From: Candidatus Latescibacterota bacterium
GTDB lineage: Bacteria; Latescibacterota; UBA2968
Assembly (NCBI GenBank): GCA_965208125.1
Contig: OZ242320.1
Location: 4,704,001 to 4,768,000, forward strand
Length of the DNA stretch: 64,000 bases
Direction: 5' to 3'
A program made the translations under genes and the position numbers. Numbering within the stretch: the first letter of the stretch is position 1; each line of letters starts with the position of its first letter. Shown here piece after piece: positions 56,732 through 64,000 of the stretch. Under the pieces are notes generated by a model. It did no database searches, was not told the DNA's origin, and worked only from the letters and a program-made list of their open reading frames with translations.

Positions 56732-57883
56732 ATGGTACCGAGTATTGCGGCATTGGATGAAGCGGCTGAAAAACCCGTTCTGGTCTTGAGTGGGCTGAAT
56801 GAGCCGGTTGTGATCGAATCCATTCAGTTGCTCAAAGATGAGCGGGAGTATTACTTGCATGTGCGTTCTATAGATGGCGCGGAAGGTCTGGCATTTACGA
56901 ATGGGCGGGCGCAATACGTGTATCCGATTCTCAATAAATTGGTGATTCCCTATTTTATTGGCAAAGATGCCCGCGATCTCGAAGACCATCTGTGGGGCGT
57001 GTATCGCCACAGCAGCAATTACAAATTGCAGGGATTGGCTTTCTGGTGTTGTGTGGCGTGGGTCGAGATGGCGCTGTTGGATTTGCTCGGTCGGATTGCG
57101 CAAAAATCTATTCCCGAACTCCTGGGCGGCGTTGTGCGCGAGTGGGTTCCCTTTTATGTTGCGAGTGGGCGGCGGGATAGCACGCCGGAAGAAGAGGTGG
57201 TTTATTTGCAGAGTCTGATAGATGAGACGGGTGCGCCAGCCGTGAAGTTTAGAATCGGCGGGCGCATGAGTAAAAACGCAGATGCCATGCCCGGTCGAAC
57301 ACCAGATTTGATCGCGTTGTCTCGCAAGGTGCTCGGTGATGAGATCGATATTCACGCGGATTCCAATAGTTCTTACGATTCGCCGCAGGCGATTGAAGTG
57401 GGACGTATGCTCGAAGATATTGGAGCTGTTTATTTTGAAGAACCATGCCCGTTTGATCACCTCGAAGATACAAAGATCGTTGCCGATGCGCTGGACATTC
57501 CCGTTTCTGGGGGCGAACAGGAGTTCAGCGACCGGCGGTTCCGATGGATGATTGCCAATCGCGGTGTGGATATTGTACAGCCCGACCTGCATTATTACGG
57601 AGGGCTTATTCGCTCGACGCGCGTTGCCCGAATGGCTGCTCTGGCCGAGATGCCGACGACCGTACATATTTCTGGTGGTTTTGGGTTTATCTATATGCTT
57701 CACTTTGCCGCCTGTACACCGGATATCGGCCAATATCAGGAATACAAAAGAGGAATTGAGAAATACCGCGAGTGGTTTGATCCTCCACTCGAGATTCGAG
57801 ATGGGCAGATGAGCATTCCCAGGGGGCCAGGGTGTGGGATTGTGGATATTCAGTCTATTATTGACGGTGCGGATCGCTTATAG
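56732..57883 (+). CDS. Enolase-superfamily (mandelate racemase/muconate lactonizing) enzyme
   Basis: EMALLDLLG, KFRIGG, ADSN, FEEP, GGEQ and QPDLHYYGG. Confidence 0.9.
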   Translation: MVPSIAALDEAAEKPVLVLSGLNEPVVIESIQLLKDEREYYLHVRSIDGAEGLAFTNGRAQYVYPILNKLVIPYFIGKDARDLEDHLWGVYRHSSNYKLQGLAFWCCVAWVEMALLDLLGRIAQKSIPELLGGVVREWVPFYVASGRRDSTPEEEVVYLQSLIDETGAPAVKFRIGGRMSKNADAMPGRTPDLIALSRKVLGDEIDIHADSNSSYDSPQAIEVGRMLEDIGAVYFEEPCPFDHLEDTKIVADALDIPVSGGEQEFSDRRFRWMIANRGVDIVQPDLHYYGGLIRSTRVARMAALAEMPTTVHISGGFGFIYMLHFAACTPDIGQYQEYKRGIEKYREWFDPPLEIRDGQMSIPRGPGCGIVDIQSIIDGADRL

Positions 57884-57896
57884 GACATAACAAATC

Positions 57897-59237
57897 ATGG
57901 AAATGGCACAGCATGGGGGACCGCCGTTGCGCGATGTGGTAGCGGCGAGGCGCTCGCAGAGGGAGACGCGCCGAAATAGCTGGTTGCTGGTGATCAACGG
58001 CGGCATGGTGATGATGGCCTACACGTTTATCAGCGCTGATCTGGTGATGCCAGCATTTGTACAAACGCTGACCACGTCCAGTATTCTGGTCGGGATGGCT
58101 GGCGCACTCATGAGAATGGGGTGGGCCTGGCCGCAAGTTTTTATTTCCCGGGTTATCGAACCTAAACCCCGAAAGATGCCCTTGCTGATCGGCGCGGGCA
58201 TGGCCCGAAGTGCGATGTGGATTCTGGTAGGCGTGATGACCATTTTTTTGGGCGGGTCGAATCCCGCAATTTTTTTGTCTTTGTTTATGGTATTTTACGC
58301 TTTGGGAACGTCGCTGATGGGCGTGATGAATGTGCCGTGGATGGATTTGATGGGCAAGGCGATTCCAGCGTCGCATCGGGCAAAGGTTTTTGCTCTGCGG
58401 CGATTTTCGGGCGGTGTGATGTCGATGGCTGCGGGCGTTCTGATCTCCTATATTTTGAGCGCACAAAGCGGCCTCTCTTTTCCAAATAATTACGCGGTAT
58501 TATTTATGCTCTCTGGTTTGGGCACTGCGCTGGCTGTACTGACATTTGGCAGGATTCACGAACCCATTGAAAAGCGCACACGCGCACAGCTTTCCCTGAA
58601 AAATTATTTGATCAGTGGCCTGAGCCTGATGAAGGAAGATGTGAATTTCAGGCGTTTGTGCATGGTGCAATTTTTGTGGGGCTTTAGCATGATGGGCGGG
58701 CCGTTTTACGTGCCTTATGCGATTTCCGGTCTGGGCATTGGAGCGGTTTATATTGGGTTTTATGTGATTGCGATGCAGTTTAGCTCGGTTTTTTCAAATG
58801 TGGCGTGGGCATGGGTGGGCCGTTATAAAGGCAATCAAGCGTTGTTTTTATATGGAACCTGTCTACTTGCACTGTCTATTCTGGTTCCGATATGTATCGT
58901 GTATGTGCCCAATCACCTCCTCAATTTCTGGGGTACAGAGGTGGATTTAAGAGTTGGGGTGTATGCGTTTACGTTCATTTTTTCTGGCGCGGCACAAAGC
59001 GGCATGTATTCGGGGCGCATGACGTATGTTCTCGATATCGCGCCTGCTGACCGAAGGCCGACTTATACCAGCTTTATGAATATGTTTATGTTTCCGCAGG
59101 GGTTATTGCCCATGCTGGCCGGAGTGCTGGTCGCGTGGATTTCCTACCAGAATTTGTTTCGCATTTCCCTGTTGTTCATTCCATTTGCCGCAATGCTCGC
59201 CTATCAGTTAAAACCCGTTATTCACAGTGAGGAATGA
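57897..59237 (+). CDS. MFS transporter
   Basis: About 12 TM segments; WMDLMGKAIP...RAKVF; DIAPADRRPTY. Confidence 0.88.
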   Translation: MEMAQHGGPPLRDVVAARRSQRETRRNSWLLVINGGMVMMAYTFISADLVMPAFVQTLTTSSILVGMAGALMRMGWAWPQVFISRVIEPKPRKMPLLIGAGMARSAMWILVGVMTIFLGGSNPAIFLSLFMVFYALGTSLMGVMNVPWMDLMGKAIPASHRAKVFALRRFSGGVMSMAAGVLISYILSAQSGLSFPNNYAVLFMLSGLGTALAVLTFGRIHEPIEKRTRAQLSLKNYLISGLSLMKEDVNFRRLCMVQFLWGFSMMGGPFYVPYAISGLGIGAVYIGFYVIAMQFSSVFSNVAWAWVGRYKGNQALFLYGTCLLALSILVPICIVYVPNHLLNFWGTEVDLRVGVYAFTFIFSGAAQSGMYSGRMTYVLDIAPADRRPTYTSFMNMFMFPQGLLPMLAGVLVAWISYQNLFRISLLFIPFAAMLAYQLKPVIHSEE

Positions 59238-60601
59238 ATTTCCTCAACGAGGTCTTCTGCCGGATAGGTGAGTATTTCCGATAGTGTGGGGTGGTAATGC
59301 GGGATGCTCATGAGGTCGTGTACTGTGCCGCGAAAGTGCATGATGGCGATGAGTTCGTGAAAGAGTTCGCCCGCTTCTGGGCCGACGATATGCCCACCGA
59401 TGATTTCGCCTGTTTCGGGATGGCAGAGGATTTTGACAAATCCATGGGTTTCCCCCAGGACCATGGATTTGCCGTGGTCGTCAAAGGGATAGGACGCAAC
59501 GCGATAGGGGATGTTTTGCTCGCGGCATTCTTTTTCGGTGAGGCCCACAGACGCAAATTGCGGATCGGTGAAGACCACTTCGGCTTTGAGCCTGTAGTCA
59601 ATGCATTGCTTTTGGGTTCCATCAACGGCGTTGTGACCGGCTATCTCGCCTTGCTGAACGGCGATGTGTACAATTTCGTATAGTCCTGTGCAATCGCCCG
59701 CGGCGTAAATATTGGGCGCGTTGGTACGCATGTGGTGATCCACGAGAATGCGTCCGCGCTCGACGCGTACGCCGGCATTTTCAAGTGCGAGCGATTGGAT
59801 GTCGGGCACGCGCCCCAAAGCATGGAGAATTATGTCTGCTGAAACGCGACGGAGTTTGCCTTTGTGGTGAAAATGGGCGATTTTGGCGTTGTTTTGGGTC
59901 GTGAATTTCTGCAATTGCGTGTCGGTAAAGACTTTCATGCCTTCTTCTCTGAAGCGCGCCTCTACCGGACGTGCGAGGTCTTCGTCCGTGCTGCTGAAAA
60001 TGTGATGGCTGCGTTGAATGAGTGTGGTGCGTGTTCCCAGACGGCAAAAGAATTGTGCAAATTCCGTTGCGACAGGTCCACCGCCTAAGACGATCATCGA
60101 TTCAGGCAATTCCCGCAGTTCAAGTGCTTCATCACTGGTGATATAACCGACTTCTTTCAAGCCGGGAATGGCGATATCGGCAACGGTTGATCCCGTGCTG
60201 ATGATAAAACTTCGCGCGGTGATATTTTGTTTTTCCACTGTGATGGTGTTGCGATTGACGAACTGCGCCGTGCCGTTGACGAGAGTGAATCGCGGATTGC
60301 GCAGTTGCTCGATGCGATAATCTGCAAATTCGCTGACGAGTGCGCGTTTGCGGTCGTTGATTTCGTCGAGATTTGCGCGCAAATTAGAAGCGCGCAGACC
60401 AAATTCTCTGGCGCGACGCATTAAGGACATAATCTCGGATGAGCGCAGAATGGTTTTGGTGGGCATGCAACCGCGCAAGATGCACAGACCACCGAGAGGT
60501 CCTTTGTCAATAATGGCAACTTTTGCGCCGAGTTCTTGTGCCGTACGTGCTGCGGCGTATCCCGCACTCCCGCCGCCTATAACGATAACATCGTAATCCA
60601 T
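59222..60601 (-). CDS. Pyridine nucleotide-disulfide oxidoreductase (dihydrolipoyl dehydrogenase-like)
   Basis: IGGGSAG; GGLCILRGCMPTK; YAAGD; HYHPTLSE. Confidence 0.9.
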   Translation of the reverse strand: MDYDVIVIGGGSAGYAAARTAQELGAKVAIIDKGPLGGLCILRGCMPTKTILRSSEIMSLMRRAREFGLRASNLRANLDEINDRKRALVSEFADYRIEQLRNPRFTLVNGTAQFVNRNTITVEKQNITARSFIISTGSTVADIAIPGLKEVGYITSDEALELRELPESMIVLGGGPVATEFAQFFCRLGTRTTLIQRSHHIFSSTDEDLARPVEARFREEGMKVFTDTQLQKFTTQNNAKIAHFHHKGKLRRVSADIILHALGRVPDIQSLALENAGVRVERGRILVDHHMRTNAPNIYAAGDCTGLYEIVHIAVQQGEIAGHNAVDGTQKQCIDYRLKAEVVFTDPQFASVGLTEKECREQNIPYRVASYPFDDHGKSMVLGETHGFVKILCHPETGEIIGGHIVGPEAGELFHELIAIMHFRGTVHDLMSIPHYHPTLSEILTYPAEDLVEEIHSSL

Positions 60602-60790
60602 GGTGATTTCCTTTATGCGTTAGAAGTAAGACGTAAGAGGGCCACCCAACACCACCCAAAAGACGGATGCTTCATCTAACATCCTATGGGGCAGGAACTT
60701 TCACGTCTTACCTCGGGGGAGGTGGGACGGGCTGATTAACTGACAACTTAAAATGTCTCTTTGATTTGAGCAAGGAATTTGGAGGTTTTT

Positions 60791-61867
60791 ATGCATGAAC
60801 TCGTGAATGGTATTGTGCCGATAGAGGCGGGAGAGCAGGAGCGGTTGATTCAGGTTGGTGATTTGAGGGAGACGGCGCAGCGGCTTTATGAAGCGGTTGG
60901 CGTGCCGAGGGCAGATGCGCGGCTGATGGCTGATTTGCAAGTTGAGACAGATGTACGCGGGGTTCACTCACACGGTACGCGGGCTGTGCCGAACTACTTA
61001 AAGCGCATTCAGACTGGTCACACAAACCCAAAACCCGAAATTCGCGTTGTCCGCGAAGGACCCGCGTCGGCAACGGTAGATGGCGATGGGTGTTTGGGAC
61101 ATCTGGCATCGTATCGAGCGATGCAATTGGCAATCGCAAAAGCGAATGATCTGGGGATTGCCGCGACAACGGTTATAAATAGCCGTCACTACGGCGCAGC
61201 GGCTTGTTATGCGACAATGGCATTGGACTGGGATATGATCGGTTTTTGCGTGTCGAGCAGCAGCCGAGGGGTGGCACCTTACGGAGGGATTGATCGGTTG
61301 ATGGGGAATCACGCGCTGGCTTATGCAATTCCGGCGGGTCGAGAATATCCCATTGTTCTGGATATGGCGACGGGACGGTCCGCCTGGGGGCGAGTGGGCA
61401 CTATGCGTTTGTACGGACGAAAATTAGATGGCGAGTGGGTGTTAGATGAGGATGGGCAGGTGACAGACGATCCGGCGCGCGCGCATGCGCTGGTAGCTCC
61501 CGGTGGCGCGAAGGGATCGGGGCTAAATGTGGTGATGGATGTTTTGAGCGGTATTCTGCCTTTTGGCCTGGCAACGGTGAATCGGGAAGATGAATATCAA
61601 GGACAGCGACGGGCCAGTCATTTTTTTCAGGCGATCAAAATTGAGACATTTTGCGATGTGTCGGATTTCAAACGGGAAGTTGATCGGATGATTCAGACGA
61701 TTCGAGCGTCTCGCCCCAAAGAAGGTGTGGATCGCATTTACGTGCCCGGCGAGATTGAGTGGTTAAAAAAGGCGGCCTGGGAAAAGACTGGGATTCCGCT
61801 ACATGAAACCCATGTGGGAGGTTTGGAAAAAGCGGCCGAGGAATTGGGTGTAGAGGTGGCTTTTTAA
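60791..61867 (+). CDS. Ldh_2 family oxidoreductase (malate/L-lactate/ureidoglycolate dehydrogenase-like)
   Basis: RGVHSHG, VDGDGCLGH, NSRHYGA, VLDMAT, GGAKGSGL and VPGE. Confidence 0.92.
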   Translation: MHELVNGIVPIEAGEQERLIQVGDLRETAQRLYEAVGVPRADARLMADLQVETDVRGVHSHGTRAVPNYLKRIQTGHTNPKPEIRVVREGPASATVDGDGCLGHLASYRAMQLAIAKANDLGIAATTVINSRHYGAAACYATMALDWDMIGFCVSSSSRGVAPYGGIDRLMGNHALAYAIPAGREYPIVLDMATGRSAWGRVGTMRLYGRKLDGEWVLDEDGQVTDDPARAHALVAPGGAKGSGLNVVMDVLSGILPFGLATVNREDEYQGQRRASHFFQAIKIETFCDVSDFKREVDRMIQTIRASRPKEGVDRIYVPGEIEWLKKAAWEKTGIPLHETHVGGLEKAAEELGVEVAF

Positions 61868-61902
61868 TAGGGGAAGGCAGTCGAGAAGCCCGAGATTCCG
61901 AG

Positions 61903-62961
61903 ATGGATAAAAATAATAAACCGCTGGTCTCAATTATTATTCCCCATTATTTGGGAGATATTCTTTCCGAGTGTCTGGCATTTGTCTATGCGCGGACATT
62001 GGATGTTCCCTTTGAAGTTATTGTGGCAGATGACCAGCCTTATCCCGACGGCAGTCTGGATCGGGCATTGGAGAAGTTTCCAGATATTCGCATTGTGAAG
62101 ACGGGTGGTGGAAATGGGAAGCCGAGCAAGGGGATGGGCGCCGGGTGCAACCGGGGGTTGGAGATTGCAAAGGGCGCGTATGCGATGTTGTTGAATTCGG
62201 ATGTGGAGGTGGGTGAAGGGTGGTTGCCACCGCTGATTGATGCCCTGAAATCCGATCCTGTGATTGGGGCGTGTCAGTCCAGGGTGCGGTCGTTGCAAAA
62301 TCGCAAAATGTTTGATTATGGCGGGGCTGCAGGCGGGCTGATGGACAGATGGGGATTTACGTTTTGTCAGGGCAGGATATTTGAGTTTGTCGAAGAAGAT
62401 GTGGGGCAATACAATCACCCCCGCGATATTTTTTGGGCTATTGGGGGGGCTATGTTTTTGCGTATGGATTGTCTCGATAAAACGGGATTGATCGATGAGG
62501 ACTTTGTGATGTATATGGAAGAGATCGATTTGTCCTGGCGGTTTCACCTCGCGGGATATCGCATCGTCTATGTGCCCGATTCTCTGGTATATCACTACGG
62601 CGGATTTACGCTGGGTGCAGAGAGTTATAAGAAAGCGTATTTGAATCACCGCAATCAGCTCGTGATGTTGTTGAAAAATTTTTCCCTTTTGCGGTTGTTG
62701 TATAAATTTCCGGTTCGCGTCGCTATGGAACTGGCAAATTTGGGTTTGTTGCTAAAGGGCAATTGGAAACATCCCGTTGCGGCGATAGCCGGGCTTTTAT
62801 GGGTGTTGCTGCATCCGTTCAATATCTTGCGGCGGCGGCGAGAATCACAGCGGTTCAGAAGTGTGGGAGATGGCGAGATTGAACGGCGTCTTTTCAAGGG
62901 ATCAGTAGTTTATCACTATTTTATTCGCGGTGCCAAAACGGTGCGTGAGATAGGAGCGTGA
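61903..62961 (+). CDS. Glycosyltransferase family 2
   Basis: VSIIIP, FEVIVADD, LLNSD and YMEEIDLSWR. Confidence 0.92.
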   Translation: MDKNNKPLVSIIIPHYLGDILSECLAFVYARTLDVPFEVIVADDQPYPDGSLDRALEKFPDIRIVKTGGGNGKPSKGMGAGCNRGLEIAKGAYAMLLNSDVEVGEGWLPPLIDALKSDPVIGACQSRVRSLQNRKMFDYGGAAGGLMDRWGFTFCQGRIFEFVEEDVGQYNHPRDIFWAIGGAMFLRMDCLDKTGLIDEDFVMYMEEIDLSWRFHLAGYRIVYVPDSLVYHYGGFTLGAESYKKAYLNHRNQLVMLLKNFSLLRLLYKFPVRVAMELANLGLLLKGNWKHPVAAIAGLLWVLLHPFNILRRRRESQRFRSVGDGEIERRLFKGSVVYHYFIRGAKTVREIGA

Positions 62962-62962
62962 A

Positions 62963-64000
62963 GTGAAAGCAATCGGTCTCATGTCTGGAACTTCTGCCGA
63001 TGGGGTGGATGCCGCGCTTGTGGAGATCGATGAATCTGGTCTGTCTCTGCTCGGATATGTCGAGGTGCCTTTTCCCAAAGATGTCAGAAGGGCGATTTTG
63101 TCGCTTTGCGAAAATGGGCAGGTCGATGCAATATGCCGCATGGATGCCGCACTTGGAGAGTGGTTTGCAGAGGCTGCATTGCGCGTATGCGAGAAGGCCA
63201 ATGTCAGTGCTGGAGAAGTCGATGTGATTGGATCGCACGGGCAGACGATTCACCATTTGCCCGCGCTTGCTGTTGTTGCTGATAAAAAGGTGAGATCAAC
63301 GCTGCAAATTGGCAATTCCTCGGTAATTGCAGAGCGCACGGGAATCACGACGGTATCGGATTTTCGGTCGCGGGATATGGCTGTGGGCGGACAGGGAGCA
63401 CCTCTCGTCCCTCTGGTGGATTATCTGTTGTTTCGGTCCGAATACGCTGGACGCGCGATGCTCAATATCGGTGGTATCGCCAACGTCAATATATTGCCTG
63501 CAAACTGTGAAGTGTCAGATATTTTCGCGTTTGATACGGGGCCTGGCAATATGATTATCGATGGGGTTGTGCAGGCAATAACGGACGGCAAACAGAGTTT
63601 CGATAGGGATGGAGTGCTTGCGGACAAAGGTCAGGTGTGTGAGGATCTGTTGGAGGTGCTTATGGCGCATCCTTTTTTCGATATGGAACCGCCCAAATCA
63701 ACGGGGCGCGAGGATTTTGGAGCCGATATGGTTCAGAAAATTCTCGATTGGAAGGAAAAAGAGGAAGATCTCGTGCGTACGGCAGTGCAGTTCACGGTGG
63801 AAAGCATTGTGCAGGGATTGAAACGATTTGTTTTGCCCAGATGTAAAATCCACGAGGTGATTGCAAGTGGGGGCGGCACCAGGAATCCCGTTATGATGGA
63901 TCTTTTGGATCAGGCGTTGGAAAATATCACATTCAAGCGATTAGATGATCTGGGAATAGCATCAGACGCAAAAGAGGCCATTGCGTTTGCGATTCTTGCT
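62963..64000 (+). CDS. anmK: Anhydro-N-acetylmuramic acid kinase (runs off the window end)
   Basis: GTG after AGGAG; IGLMSGTSADGVD, GSHGQT, DFRSRDMAVGGQGAPLVP, NIGGIAN, FDTGPGN, PPKSTGRE and KEAIAFA; absent from the ORF track because it has no stop codon in the window. Confidence 0.95.
   Translation, partial: MKAIGLMSGTSADGVDAALVEIDESGLSLLGYVEVPFPKDVRRAILSLCENGQVDAICRMDAALGEWFAEAALRVCEKANVSAGEVDVIGSHGQTIHHLPALAVVADKKVRSTLQIGNSSVIAERTGITTVSDFRSRDMAVGGQGAPLVPLVDYLLFRSEYAGRAMLNIGGIANVNILPANCEVSDIFAFDTGPGNMIIDGVVQAITDGKQSFDRDGVLADKGQVCEDLLEVLMAHPFFDMEPPKSTGREDFGADMVQKILDWKEKEEDLVRTAVQFTVESIVQGLKRFVLPRCKIHEVIASGGGTRNPVMMDLLDQALENITFKRLDDLGIASDAKEAIAFAILA

Noticed and set aside
56534-57733. 399-aa minus-strand ORF, and similar long shadows at 2008-2829, 48285-49076, 61930-62649 and 40084-40782
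   Set aside because: Antisense to well-supported genes, with no recognisable motifs.
59222-60601. Mercuric reductase MerA
   Set aside because: No C-terminal Cys-Cys pair, no N-terminal HMA domain and no mer genes nearby; it has an HPTxxE motif instead.
1-64000. tRNA (including tRNA-Sec), rRNA, prophage or integrase genes
   Set aside because: None recognisable by eye in the intergenic regions or ORFs; a tRNAscan/Infernal run would be needed to exclude atypical RNAs.

Overview
Bacterial chromosomal window of about 50% GC with roughly 58 genes and no rRNA, tRNA or CRISPR array detected. The gene content suggests an FCB-group organism such as Latescibacterota or a Gemmatimonadota relative, possibly a marine or sponge-associated lineage; this is inference only. 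It rests on four Gfo/Idh/MocA oxidoreductases, three enolase-superfamily enzymes, PhyH, a DUF6785/DUF6784-like membrane protein, a TonB-dependent receptor and a dockerin/EF-hand-like tail. Main blocks: (1) GAF-membrane protein plus cytochrome c; (2) uxaA-like gene, YgiT zinc finger and ArsC/Spx gene; (3) a metal-homeostasis run (DtxR-FeoA-FeoB-FeoB-associated peptide, then TroABCD-like ABC with DtxR-fused permeases and MntR/TroR) followed by a zincin, map, a GT3-like glycosyltransferase, a lipoprotein and an outer-membrane protein; (4) RsbW-like, hpf, hprK, TPR and aspartate kinase; (5) BCCT with a TonB-dependent receptor; (6) sugar-acid and oxidoreductase clusters with an orphan adenine methyltransferase; (7) an internally deleted IS3 element and an AAA-nuclease gene; (8) partial anmK. 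Signals the ORF track misses: a UGA-recoded ArsC/Spx selenoprotein (UxxC plus SECIS-like hairpin); a Leu/Ile/Val-rich 30-aa leader peptide with antiterminator and terminator ahead of the DUF6785-like operon; a 38-nt hairpin element shared by two intergenic regions; and a TonB-receptor paralog collapsed to its two ends.
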